From Octopus vulgaris (Eukaryota): 64,000 nucleotides of DNA. Location of the stretch: the NCBI GenBank assembly GCA_951406725.2, contig OX597815.1, positions 186,001 to 250,000 of the forward strand, read 5' to 3'. Both the position numbers and the translations under genes were made by a program. Numbering within the stretch: position 1 is the first letter of the stretch; each line of letters starts with the position of its first letter. The notes beneath the pieces are model-generated. The model was not told the DNA's origin and did not search any database. It worked only from the letters and a program-made list of their open reading frames with translations. Of the stretch, positions 22,766-35,469 are shown piece by piece.

Positions 22766-23244
22766 TCCTTCGCTCAGTACCCTTAAACGCCATCTCAGTC
22801 TGCTGCTTTCCAGTTGCTTATCTTTCTTCTTCTTCTTCTTCTGTCGGCTGTGGCCAGGAGCAACTCCTCTTTCATTTTTCAACAGGCTAACCAAGAGCAT
22901 CTTTTGGCTGAATCAAAAAGGGACAATGCAGTCCTTACCCTTTCTTTCTCTGTCAGCAGAATGCACAACTACCACCTACCAGTGAGCAAGCCATCAACAT
23001 GTCAATTATTTACGATTACTACCATCTGTATATAACTAACAACTGTGGGCAAATAAATTGGTGAATATTATTCTTTATTCTTCACTTCATCTATGCATTA
23101 CAATGGTGTTGTTCTTCATCTCAACAATTGTTGCACCATTATGCTACACTCACACAAGGTGCTATGCAGTGGGACTGAACCCAGAACCATGTGGTTGGGA
23201 AGCAAACTTCTTATCAAGAAAGATGTATTTATGCTGGATAAGTT

Positions 23245-23430
23245 TTAGTAAAAAGCACCCACTACACTCATGGAGTGGTTGGCATTAGAAAGGGCATCCA
23301 GCCATAGAAACCTTGCCAAATCAGATTGGAACCTGTGCCCCCACACCCGGTTTACCAGTTTCTAGTCAAACCATCCAACCTATGTCGATGTGGAAAGCGG
23401 ACATTAAATGATGGTGATGATGATGATTAT
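23245..23430 (+). mobile_element. 3' end of the RTE family with (GAT)n tail
   Basis: ggagtggttggcattagaaagggcatccagcc...aaagcggacattaaatgatggtgatgatgatg matches the reverse complement of 19119-19290. Confidence 0.75.
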
Positions 23431-23754
23431 CTTCAAACAAAGTTGTACCTAAAATTTTCTCTAGAGATCATATTAACATCACAATGTGAATTTTCATTGA
23501 AAACTTATTTTGAATATGTTTTCTTCGTTAGGGAAGAATCTGATGAGACAGTAAGCTTTTAGTTATTTCTTAGAATGTGTAATTCTTCAGATCTGGTCAT
23601 GACATCTGTTTGCATCTCTTTTTACCTTTCCCAAGGCATCAATCTTCCAACAAACACATAATGGACAAAAAAATCAGATTTTCAACTGACAAGCAACAAA
23701 TGCGTGGATTCGATTTCAAATCTGGTGCAGGCAGGGCTAAACAAGGCCCTACAA

Positions 23755-23831
23755 AAATGTCTTCTACGATGGCCTTGAGCAACCAAAGACTTGTGAGTGC
23801 ATTTGGTAGACAGAAACTGAAAGAATCCCTT

Positions 23832-23870
<39 letters not shown>

Positions 23871-24045
23871 TTCTTTGAGTTTGTCTTTGTTTTGTCTTGG
23901 TGTTGCTGTGTTTATGTCTCCGCAATTTTGTGGTTAGGCATAAAAAACCAAAAGTTACTGGGGTCAAATAATTTGACTAAAATTCTTCAAAGTGGTGACC
24001 CAGCATGGCCACAGTCTAATGACTGAAGCAAATAAAAGATAAAAG
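23755..24045 (+). mobile_element. SINE family B
   Basis: cttgtgagtgcatttggtagacagaaactgaaagaa...cagcatggccacagtctaatgactgaagcaaataaaagataaaag. Confidence 0.7.
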
Positions 24046-24418
24046 TGATGGGGTTAAAATGGTAAACTCCTGGTGGTTCTATCCAGCCTCAATTTTTGGA
24101 TGAATGTCTATATTTTTAAACTTGTATTTGACCATAAAAAAATTAACTCTTTGTCTGTCTCTGTCTCTGTCTCTCTCTCTCTCCTTGACAAAAATGCTTT
24201 TTGTTTTCTTTTGCTAATCTCTCATCTTCTGCTTGTTTCAGTCATTCAACTGTGGCCATACTGGGGCACCACCTTGAAGGGTTTTAGTTGAATGAATTGA
24301 CCCCAGTACTTTTAAAGCTGAAAATCAGTGCAACTCTCTCCTAGACCAGACTCTAGAATAAGGTACCCAGGATACGGAAGTTTGTTCTAAAGGGTTTTAG
24401 TTTTAACTTGCACAGTAC

Positions 24419-26934
24419 CAGGGGTGGCTTGTGGCTAAAATTAGTTGGGGTGCTGCTTGAGAAAATTTTTAGCCATTATTTTAATATTGTGTAAAACAAA
24501 ACAAACATAAAAAGAAAATTTATACATAAACTTGATAGAATCCTAAGCGAAAAATTATTTTTTACTTATTAATAAATTGTTACAGCTCACACTTGGTCCG
24601 TTCATTTAAAAATGAAATCCGCTCTTCTTGTTTCACTTTGAGCAAAAGCGTTAATGATTTTCTCCTTGATCCCTGGATAACTGTTGAGGAAATTTTTCTC
24701 CATTGAAAGCACTTTAAATGCATTTAGTCTTTCAAGATTCATAATGCTCCTTAGAAAAGCTTTTATTCTTTTCAACATTCTGCTTCTGATGTAATCATGG
24801 GAATTGTCAAGAGGATTTTTATCAGTTTTGTAATTTCACTAAGAATACCATCTAGAGTATTTCCCAACATAAATTTCAGCAGCTCAATTAATTTGCAATA
24901 TTCATGCATATTGAGTCTACAACAGAATACTTTCAGTTCAGTTTCAAGTTTTTCTTTGTCAATCATGGGATATGCTTCAGTGGTCAGTATTATCTTTTCT
25001 GTAGACAGTTCATTCTTAAAACTAGTTTAGCTTTTCTTGTTGAACAGTTTAGCACCTACCAAGTGCTTAGTGAAAGAATATCTGTTCATTACATCAACAC
25101 ATATGTAATCATACACTTTCTTTGCTTCTGCCATGAGTGTCATTGAAGGATTGTCACAGTACTTCAAGTTTCTTAGCAGTTTTGAAATCTGTTATATATT
25201 CATTAACTTCAAACATACTAATTTCTCATTTGGTTGTAAACTACTTTAATATGATGCATAATCTAAGGAAAAGGCTCTAACCAAAACATGAAATTATAAT
25301 CCTTCAGGTATTTTAAAATTCCTGTTGCTTCTGCAATGGTTTGATCCACATTTGATCTTGAATGAATTTCAGGAAATCAGCTTTTTAAAGGTTACAAATT
25401 TTCATGAACTCTGTTCATGGTCTTTAATGTGAAGGTTCCACCTTGTACAGGATGGATGTGGAATGCTGAGAATGGATACACATTGTGGTGATCTTGAAAA
25501 GAATGTTGGAATAGACAAAATGTTATAGAAAAATATTCTTGCATTCCATGTAATACTTGCTGCATTTCTCATTATTAAATGAGAGTTGATGTGCATAACA
25601 GTGAATGAAATGTTCATTACTATAAACTGCCCCTATTTTTGTTTGAACTCCTGATTTTTTTGCCTTTCATGACATTTGCACCATCAAATGTCTGAGCTTT
25701 CAGTTTTTGTCCATTTTCTTAAAGGATTATTTCTTATTCTAGAATATGTTTTATATGCCATCTGCAGTTTGATTTTCTGGAATAAAGAATCCCGCAAAAT
25801 GCTCAAATATTTCTTCCTTCAACACCTACCATAGAACAATGACCATTTGTGTTCTGAAGCATCTGTTGTGCCATCAGCCATGATGGCTACAAATGAAGCT
25901 TCTCTAATTTCTGTCCTTATCTCCTCATGGTATCATTTGTAGCAGGCATCCAAGTACCTCATTCTGAATAATCTTAGAATATGGATACTCCTGGATTTAT
26001 TGAATCCCCTTTTTCATCATGTCCACGTAAAGGAGTCTGAAAGTTTCCACAAAATAAAATACAGTCTATTCATGTTATGTTCATTGTTTGAAAGTGTGCC
26101 TCACTAAGTTTCTCCTTGATATTTGCATTTACTAAAAGTGAAAGTGAAACCACATTTTCAACATGCTTCTTTGACTTCTGTTTTTGGGCTTTTTTCTTTC
26201 ATTTTATTCCTATTTCTAAAACCATCTTTTGTCCTTGTTACATCACCCCCAAACAACAAGGAAACAAAACAATGCATTTTTCAATTCACAGTTTCAGAGC
26301 CAACTTTCTCATTGGTGCCATTCGGAATTAAGGCCATGAATATACCCCTTGTTGTTTATTCCTGGCTGAGAAATTTGAATATCAAGTGTTGACCGGCCTC
26401 TTTTCTTAACTGTAACTTTCTCATGGAAAGAACACTTACTGTCACAGAACTTATTTTCTTGGGGATGTAAGGAGGTCACAGTTAAATTATTTAAATTTTC
26501 TATACAATAAAACAACCGAAAAACCTATGAACTAAATAGACTAACTGAAAGCATGATAATAATCATCTACAGTTTGTCACATTCAAGAATATGGTGGACG
26601 GTTTTCAAGCACAACACAAGCTGAGTCAGAAATAAACACTAGCTTACACTCAGACAACAGGGTTGGCACTGCGTGAGCGACAGGGCTCTCTCTGACTCTC
26701 AGTGTACAACTTCTTTCCTCAGACAATCACATGCACACAACAGCCAAACACCGCATCGCTGGAACTGTGTGATGTACACAGTTCCATACAAGGATTTTTG
26801 TAATTTTCCATGAACAAAGGGATGACTACTGACATCAAGCTTAAGGATTATATAATGCAGAAAGAAAGACTCATAATATTGAGTGAAAAGAGGGGGTACT
26901 GCAGTTGCACAATGCCTGTACCCAAGCCACCTTG
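24419..26934 (-). mobile_element. hAT-superfamily DNA transposon with a pseudogenised transposase
   Basis: TIRs caggggtggcttg (24419) and caagccaccttg (26923-26934). Flanks cacagtac / ctcagcac are a 6/8-matching 8-bp TSD. Minus-strand FVAIMADGTTDAS, QTFDGANVM and hATC dimerisation motif KLIKILLTIPMITSEAE..KRIKAFLRSIMNLERLNA. Confidence 0.85.
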
Positions 26935-28530
26935 CTCAGCACCAAATACCTGTTGAAACCAGTTTCACTGATTGACCAATCTCATATTTTCCAATCAATG
27001 AGGGAACTTCTACTTCTGTGCTCACTTCAACTTCAATAGCAGCTAAATCTATCACACTCTACGATTGTGAGAAACACAGGCTTCATTGTTGCTCCTCAAA
27101 GATTAGTTCTGTTTTGTCTTCAATGATAGGACTTATTCAACTGGAGCTGAACTCTAACAATGTTTCCTACTAATTGTTCTAAAGAAGGGGCAGGGGGAGA
27201 GGTTCTTGACGAATCGAACATTTCACTGTTGCAAAATCAGCTCCATAATGGACAGACATAAAACATATTTCATTATTTAATGAGGGAAGAGGAAAAAATG
27301 AAAATATTATTTCTCAATTTCATTCAGTTTTTAATTATTAAAATTAATTCTTCAAGGGACTTAACTCTACTAGGGGTAATGAAGAGTTATGGTCCTTAGT
27401 TTTTCAGACATGCACAAGCTGTGATATATGTAATCCTTATATGTATATGTGTGTGTGTGTGTTAAAATGGAGTGGTTTTGATGAAGCAGTATATATTCAG
27501 CATCCTACATTGGCAGCCAGGAACTGAATATTCAAATATAAGAGCATATATACACTTCAATCAAAACACACCTAAAGAGGTGCCGGACCCAGCAAATCAA
27601 AGTATTCCTCTTTCACTTTTCCACATGTCCTGAAGAAGGGCTCATGGCCCCAAAATATAGAAAATAGTACACTGTGAATCCCCTAACCTTTTGATGTTTA
27701 AAAACTAGTTTAATAAAAAACTTCTTTCAAAATTCCTATTGTGTTTTTCACATATTCCCTTGTGTAGTTTGAACTTTGTAGAATGAAAGAAACCTAGCTG
27801 TTTCTTGCCCTATCTTTAAATCCAAATTTTTTCAGGGACCCTTAAAATATCTTTTTGGATTCACAGTATAGTATTATTATCCTATTCATCTACACCAAAT
27901 ATAGAATCTATTATCACTTCATCTAATAAATGTAAACTTAGCTCTTATTATCTAAATACATACACCGTATTTTGCAAAGCATGAGTTGGTAGGGTGAACA
28001 AGATCTGAGAGACTGGAGGACTGAATCATGCTCCACTGTCTACTTTGACACACTTTCTGCAGCTCAATGTCTTTCTTCATGCTAAACTCTTTGCAGAGTG
28101 GACTGGGTGCTCTTTTTATTGCACCAGCATTAGTGAGATTGCCATGTTGCTTGCAAGACTAAGGTCTTCATCAGATGAGTGGTGGTGGTGGTGGAGGAAG
28201 GGGCAAGTTTAGGCCAGGAAACGAGGGGTTAATGTATGAAGAAAAGGCCCAGAACAGGTTTCTTGCTCACAAGAGGCAGTGGGGGTAGTGGGGCAACCAG
28301 GATGAATGGGATTGGGCACAGAACAAGAAGGGCAGAGATTGTCAGAACGGATGAGTCAAATGAGGGATGACTAGTGATAGGACAAGGGTGGGGTGGGTGA
28401 GTGTAATGACTGATGAAGAAGGCTTGAGGGATGGTTGACGATGAATATGAGTTGAAGGGGAGGCAGGGGAAAGTAAGTGATGACTGCAGGGACTGGATAG
28501 GGTTGAGAAGTAGACATTGTGAATAGTGAA

Positions 28531-29300
28531 CATCAAATTTCAAATGTGTTTAACTGACAGTTGAGTTCTTGACAACTTTAGTACCTCTTAGAACGCTCCA
28601 ACAAGCTGAATTTTTAGAATACCTTTTTTGGCCAGTCTTCAGGTATCTTTAAACATCACAGGATAAAACATTCGCAATATCCAAGTGTAATGATAACAGA
28701 TGTGGAAAATGTCAATACATGTATACAGGTAGATTCATTAGAACAAAAAATGGACAGATATGAACTGCAAAAGTAAAAATTTGATCTACTGCATTAAATG
28801 CCTGAATTGTGAGGAATTATATTTAGGCAAGACAAGGCATGCATTTATCAGAATGCTCATGTGTCTACAGACAGCAAATCCAGGACACCTGTTTTTGCCA
28901 AATTCCATTGAGCGAACATATAGAGACATGTGGTCAGAAAATGTTTCTGATTTTTCTTTTCCACAAACTACATGACACAAGTGAGGTTGAAGGAAAGATA
29001 AAAGAAAAACAGTTTATTAAAATGCTCAAACTTGTTCTGAATGGAAATAACATCAATAATATAACAACCAGTTAATGATGTGGATTAAAAAATACCTCTA
29101 GCAAATAAATATAAACAAGTTACAGAATATCAGTACACATGGCAAACCATGAAGTTTAAGATACCTGCAGACTGGCCAAAAAGGTATTCTAAAAATTCAG
29201 CTTGTTGGAGCATTCTAAGAGGTATGAAAGTTGTCAGTTAAACACATTTTGAAATCTGATGATTACTCTGTGTATGAAAGCAGTAATTTAACTTTATGAA
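28531..29300 (+). mobile_element. Penelope-like retroelement 3' fragment (GIY-YIG endonuclease) with an inverted partial pLTR
   Basis: KCNDNRCGKC..NCKSKNLIYCIKCLNCEELYLGKT..KEKQFIKMLKLVLN. 28531-28655 is an inverted copy of ~29155-29262. Hammerhead-like CTGATGA..GAAA..GTA at 29256-29285. Confidence 0.8.
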
Positions 29301-30119
29301 CATTACAAAATATCTTTTTTTAATGTTAAAATACCATGATAAAAAACGTGAAAACCAGACCATGTTTTAGCTTTATTCAACTGATATATTATTCTATACA
29401 AATTCACACAAATTCAAAACGACATCACTCATTTTCATGTCATTCATCTCTCTATCACTCTTCCCGCCATGAGTCATCTCTGTGTGTCACTCATCCTGTT
29501 ATCATTCACCCTGTCTCTCTACTCACCATCTCTTATTTGCTTTGTAATACTATCTGTGTAACTAAGGAAGGCACTACCCTATCCACCCTACCACCAGTCT
29601 TTCTGTGCTGCCAGTCATCACTTGCTCTCCCCTAAACCCACTTGCTATTCACTCCCACTCCTCGCTCTCTTCCATTTCTTCATCCTCACCTCTGTTCCTA
29701 CCTCTCCCCCACCAACCACAAAATCATTGGTTTTGTTCTCTAAAATCAGAAATGTTGTTGTTTAGTTACTTCCAGCTCAGCTCTAATCTGGCAGATTTAC
29801 AAATAAAGACATTCCAACCATGACTATTTGGTCTGTTCTTTTACATTGTCATTCAATGTGTCCTTCCTTTTTTTTTTAGTGTGCAAAATGTGATTTTAAA
29901 GCTGCTTTTTTGGCTGCTGCTATTTCTAGCAGGTTCAGTGATCTTCCATTCATTTCAGTGTTCTTTTTTTGGAGGGATGGGGTAGGTTTGGGATATTTTC
30001 TCTAACATGGGGGTGGACAAGGGGTTAGAGTTGTTTGACACTGAACCTTTTCCATTTCCACTGAACTGGTCCTTGCTTCAAGGAATCGGCAACAATTTCT
30101 ATTTATTTCCTATAAAACG

Positions 30120-30467
30120 ACTCCCAGCTGGTGCCAGCCCCCTTTCACTGGTGCCAGCCCCCTTTCACTGGTTCCCCATCTCTAATAATATCTCACATGA
30201 TTATTGTATGCAAATTCTGTGACCATTTAGTTGCCATGGAAACAAATAACATCATCGTTAAAGCTGAACACCACAAGTAGTTCTGACCTTGAATGACCTC
30301 CTTCATTAGCATAATGACTGCAGATTATAATACTGGGGGAGGGGGTAGAGAATAGGGGGTGCAGGTGGGGATGATAGTAAAAATCAATATTGTCTTGAGA
30401 GTATTTTTAGCCATTCTCCCCCCTCCCCCTCTGCTACAACTGCTGCTGCTGCTGCTATTGTTACTTG

Positions 30468-30499
<32 letters not shown>

Positions 30500-30536
30500 C
30501 GTTATTATTGTTATTATTATTATTATTATTATTATC

Positions 30537-30577
<41 letters not shown>

Positions 30578-30965
30578 GCCGTTGCCGTGTTATTTGATTC
30601 TGGAAGAGTTCTGCTGTTGTTGCTTAGAGGAATTCGTTGCCAATCATTGTCTGCTGAAATTTTCATTCAAGTCGAGTTGCCAGCAAAGAAGAGGAATGGA
30701 TGACGTACCAAACACCCCCACCCCCCCTCCACCACTATGCTTCTATGAGAGACAACAACACTATCAGTCAGTATTAACGTTACTGTGTGTAGTAGACATT
30801 CGTCCATTGGCATATTCTGCTCTTCCAATTTACTATTTTCTCTGGTGTCATGCAGTGATTGCTATCAGACAAAAAAAAAATAAAGTAAAATAAACCAAAA
30901 AAAACCCCAGAAAAAATACATTGTTGTTGTTGTTGCTGTTGTTATTGGAGTTACTATGACAACCA
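30120..30965. promoter_or_regulatory. Putative enhancer: cluster of RFX X-boxes, Sox-Oct, DR4 and POU motifs
   Basis: ATTGTATGCAAAT 30203-30215; GTTGCCATGGAAAC 30230-30243; TGACCTtgaaTGACCT 30284-30299; ATTAGCAT ~30305; GTTACTATGACAAC 30950-30963; TE-poor surroundings. Confidence 0.45.
30470..30577. repeat. (TAT)n microsatellite
   Basis: Direct reading. Confidence 0.95.
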
Positions 30966-31202
30966 ACAATTACAGTTTCCAAACATTGTCATCAAAACCT
31001 ATTTCTTAATCTCTTTTTGGGATTTCAAAAACTTTTGATTTTGTTGTTGTTGTTGTCGTTGTTTATTCCCCCACCCCGCTCACCCCCACCCTACCCCTCC
31101 AATCTGCCGATTATGTTCCTCTGATTTTCCTTTTTATTTTACCTCCCAACACACAGACAGATTCTATTCTGAGCAATTGCAACTATTTTCTCTCTCTCCC
31201 AT

Positions 31203-31234
<32 letters not shown>

Positions 31235-31321
31235 TATCCTTTTATCTATTTCTGTATTTCTCTTTCTATCTCTACATATATATCTCTTTCTTTTTCACTA
31301 ATCCCCCCCTCTCCCTCCCTC

Positions 31322-31433
31322 TCTATCCATCCATCTGTTTGTCCGTCTATCTACCTATCTATCTATTTCTATCTATCTATCTATCTCTTTCTATCTGTCT
31401 GTCTGTCTATATATCTGTCTGTCTATCTATCTG

Positions 31434-31468
<35 letters not shown>

Positions 31469-31489
31469 CTTTCTATCTATCTCTTTCTA

Positions 31490-31520
<31 letters not shown>

Positions 31521-31641
31521 CTTTCTATCTGTCTGTCTGTCTGTCTATATATCTGTCTGTCTATCTATCTATCTCTTTCTATCTATCTCTTTCTACCTGT
31601 CTGTCTGTCTATCTATCTATCTATCTCTTTCTATATATCTA

Positions 31642-31693
<52 letters not shown>

Positions 31694-31697
31694 TCTG

Positions 31698-31752
<55 letters not shown>

Positions 31753-31755
31753 CTT

Positions 31756-31798
<43 letters not shown>

Positions 31799-31849
31799 CT
31801 TTCTATCTATCTCTTTCTATCTGTCTGTCTATCTATCTATCTATCTCTT

Positions 31850-31893
<44 letters not shown>

Positions 31894-31895
31894 AT
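31322..31895. repeat. (CTAT)n/(CTGT)n compound tetranucleotide array
   Basis: Direct reading. Confidence 0.95.
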
Positions 31896-32264
31896 CTCTC
31901 TCTTTCTCTCTCCTCTTATGTCTGCCACTGCAGTCTTTTGCTGTCCTTTGACCCTTGGGACTGGTCTGGTGATTCACTCCACATCTCCAGTATCAAGATC
32001 CTCTACGCATCTCACCACATCATCATCATGACATTATCATCAGGACTACATCATCATTATCATCATCCTCATCATCGTTTCAATACCAGTGTTTTCCCAT
32101 GCTGTTATGAGCCACCCAGATCTGCCACATGGCACATCTCTTTGTGCCATTCTCTCAGTCCTTTCACACTTCTACTCTGACATACTCTGTCCCCATTATA
32201 CGATCACATGTCTTCACTAGTCATCAGTCTTCTGACCTCATGCTTTTGATGGAAAATAAATGTC

Positions 32265-32436
32265 AGATACATGCTTGTGTGTATATGGAGGGGAGAAAAT
32301 CAGGTGTAGTGTTGGCGAATCTCAGGAAGTATGGAAGTTTTGAAGGATGCAGTGCTCCGACAACCAACATCTGATGCTAGCAGTTTGTTCCATGCTTCAG
32401 CAACTCTTAGAGTGAAAAAATGTTTCTGAAACTCTT
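32265..32436 (-). mobile_element. CR1-clade LINE, extreme 3' fragment
   Basis: Minus strand EFQKHFFTLRVAEAWNKLLAS..SFKT, the typical FSxRVxxxWNxLP C-terminus. Confidence 0.7.
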
Positions 32437-32920
32437 GAGACTCTTGCCTTTGCTTTTCTACAATCTTCCTTGTTTTATAGTTGTTTCTGGAGAGATTTCA
32501 TCTTTTCTTTGGTAAACAAAAAGTTATGACCAGAGAAAAATTATACATTAACCTCTATTTTTGTAAGCAGTATGTCTTTATTTTTGCATGCAGTATAAAT
32601 TAACCAAATAGAAGCAAATTAACCAAATAGAAGCACCTGTATGAACTGCTAATTTGTAACGGTAAATACCTTGCAACCTTGCCACTGCTGTGATAATTAT
32701 TAACTGGTAATTGAATGGTAAATGTGTATTTTTATATATAGCTTGGACCACCCACCTCATTGTTTTTTATCAAGAACTTCAACTCTAGCTGTTCGTTATG
32801 TCAGTCAACACACACACTGACACACCATTCCCCTGTCTTGGCTGTAAAGACAGAAAGTTGACGATGTGTAATGTTGTTCACATTAGGATATAAATTATTC
32901 ATTTGTTTCATATATATATA

Positions 32921-33205
32921 CTTTATTTAAAGCAGCAGAAAATTCAACAAAACCTGTTACTCTGAGTTTCCCGTTGCTGTTCATCGGACAGTTTTTGCTA
33001 GAAAAAACTGTCCGATGAATGGCAATGGGAAAAAACTTTCCAATGAACGGCAACGGGAAAAAACTTTATGATGAATGGGAACGGGAAACTCAGAGTAACA
33101 GGTTTTGTTGAATTTTCTGCTGCTTTAAATGAAGCATATTACTCTACCACTGGTATTTGAGTACTCTTTTTTCCACCTTGTTTCACATTTATGTGTTTAC
33201 TCCGG
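32921..33205. mobile_element. Palindromic Penelope-type pLTR remnant with minimal hammerhead motifs
   Basis: Fold-back 32921-33135. Unit aaaactgt-CCGATGA-acggcaacgg-GAAAC-tcaga-GTA-acaggtttt, with three 28-bp tandem cores in the right arm. Confidence 0.6.
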
Positions 33206-33219
33206 TATATATATATATC

Positions 33220-33258
<39 letters not shown>

Positions 33259-33277
33259 ATATATATGTATATATATA

Positions 33278-34350
33278 TATCATCATCATCATCATTTAAC
33301 ATCATGGGTTTGACCAGGGCTGGCACTCTGGAAGGCTGCACCAGACTCCAGTCTGTTTTGGCTTGGTTTCTACAGCTGGATACACTCTGAGTGTGTAATG
33401 GGTACTTTTACATGCTACTGGCATGGGTATCATTTGTGTGACACCAGTATCTGTCATGATTGCAGCTTTACTTGGTTTGTAGGGTTTTCTCCAGTACAAC
33501 ATAATGCCATATGGTCATTGTCTCTGTGAGGCCCAATGCTTGAAGCATGACATGATCCAAATGGTCTCAGTCCTTGCTTCTGTGAGGTCCAACACTTGAA
33601 AGGTGTTTTTATGTGCAACAGGCACAGGTGCCATTTGCATAACACCAATATCTGCCATAACTGTGGTTTTACTTGGCTTGATAGGTCTTCCTTTCAAGCA
33701 CAGTATAATGCCAAAGGTCTTGGTCAATTATGTAACACCAGCATCAGCCACAACTACGATTTTACTTGGCTTGACAGGTCTTCTCAAGCACAGCATATCA
33801 CCAAAGGTCTTGCTCACTAGTCATTGCCTCTGTGAGGCCCAAAGTCTGGAGATCATGTTTTACCACCACCTCATCCCAAGCCTTCTTGGGTCTATCTCTA
33901 CCATAGGTTCCCTCCACAGTTAAGGATCAGCACTTCTTTACACAGTTGTCCTCATCCATATGTGTCACATGACCATACCAGTGCATTTCTCTCTCTTGCA
34001 CACATCTGATGCCTCTTATGCCTAACTTTTCTCTCAAGATGCTTACACTCTGTCGAACATGCACACTGACATTACACATCCAGTGAAGCATACTGGCTTC
34101 ATTTCTTTCAAGCCTACACATGTCCTTGTAACATAGTTGTTTGTACCCAGGCATCATACAATCTGCCTTTCACTCTGAGAGAGAAGCCCTTTGTTGCCAG
34201 CAGAGGCAGGAGCTCTCTAAACTTTGCCCAGCCTAACCTTATTCTGACAGCTATGCTCTTGGAGTATCTACCTCCACTACTAACTTTATCACCTTGGTAA
34301 CAGAAGCTATCTACTACCTCTAACTTTCCCCCATGGCAGTTGATGGAGTC
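33278..34350 (-). mobile_element. RTE-clade LINE 3' fragment (same family as 19119-19990)
   Basis: RLERNEASMLHWMCNVSV..LREKLGIRGIRCVQEREMHWYGHV; (GAT)n tail at 33278-33292; tandem units in the 3' region. Confidence 0.8.
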
Positions 34351-34444
34351 TACTTTCTGTACATTTTCAGTGTTTTATATGTACATATATATATGTATGT
34401 GTACATATATATAGGTATGTGTGTATATAAATATATGTATATAT

Positions 34445-34700
34445 ATCGTTTAATGTTTACTTTCCATGTTGGCATGGGTTGGACGGCCCAGTCTGATCTG
34501 GCAAGGTTTCTACAGCTGGATGCCTTTCCTAATGCCAACCACTGCGAGAGTCTAGTGAGTGCTTTTTATGTGGCATCGGTATGAGGGCCAGTCAGGCAGC
34601 ACTAGCATCAACCATGCTTGAATGATACTTTTTACACGTCACTGGCATGGGTGCCAGTCAGGCTGTACTTTCTCAATCACAGCATATTGCCCAGGTTCCA
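34445..34700 (-). mobile_element. RTE family 3' UTR fragment
   Basis: ggcatgggttggacgg..gtttctacagctggatgcctttcctaatgccaaccact. Confidence 0.7.
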
Positions 34701-34711
34701 GTGCTTGTGGT

Positions 34712-35435
34712 ATATATATATATATGATGGCCATCCACTCGTGACCGAGGAAGACCATTGCTGACCTTTAGGAACATTATGTGCTCTAGGTCCAACTTAT
34801 CTTTTGCATTTATGACTCCTTTGGTGGCTGATGGGGCCTGCTCTTGACAAGCTTACATGACTACAACCATTGCAGACCAAGCTTTCCCCATTCACTACCC
34901 TAGCAGTGCGCTTTTGAGCAGCATGCTTAAATTCTTCATGCAGAATACGTACTCTCTCAAAGGTGTCGACCTTCTCCTTAACCTGCTTTTTCCATCTGTG
35001 GCGATGACAGGCACTGCTCTCCCAGCTGGTCTCCTGCATATCACAGGCTTTTAATGAATACTTGACACAGTCCTCAAATTGCAGCCTTGGTTTCTGCCGG
35101 GGTCTCTTCCCACTAACAAGTTCCCCATATAGCATCTATTTAGGGATCCTGCTATCCTCAATTCTAATAACGTATCCAGTCCAACATAACCAGTGCTTGT
35201 TCACCATCGCCTCAATACTCAAGATATCAGTTTTCCTCAGGACCTGTGTGTCTGGAGTTTTGAAGTTCCATCCAACAGGCAAAATGTGTCACAGACATCT
35301 CATGAAAGCGTTCAAGTACCTTTATTGACGTTTGTAAAGGGTCCATGTCTCACATGAGTGAAGGAGTGATGTCAGTACACGTGCACGGTACACAGCAATT
35401 TTTGTTTGTCTTGTGATGCCATGCTAGGACCGGAG
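34712..35435 (-). mobile_element. RTE-BovB-type LINE 3' fragment with a C-terminal C2H2 finger
   Basis: MLYGELVSGKRPRQKPRLQFEDCVK..W..CNGCSHVSLSRAGPISHQRSH; (TA)n tail. Confidence 0.8.
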
Positions 35436-35469
35436 ACAAGACTAAAGAGACCAAAAGGAATCAGTTGCT

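Noticed and set aside
30359-30893. polyL/polyY/polyI ORFs
   Set aside because: Derived from (CTG)n and (TAT)n microsatellites.
31177-32031. 284-aa LSIY-repeat ORF
   Set aside because: Translation of the (CTAT)n microsatellite.
33002-33090. 28-bp repeats resembling a CRISPR array
   Set aside because: Tandem with no unique spacers, no cas genes, eukaryotic context. The same applies to 19290-19600.
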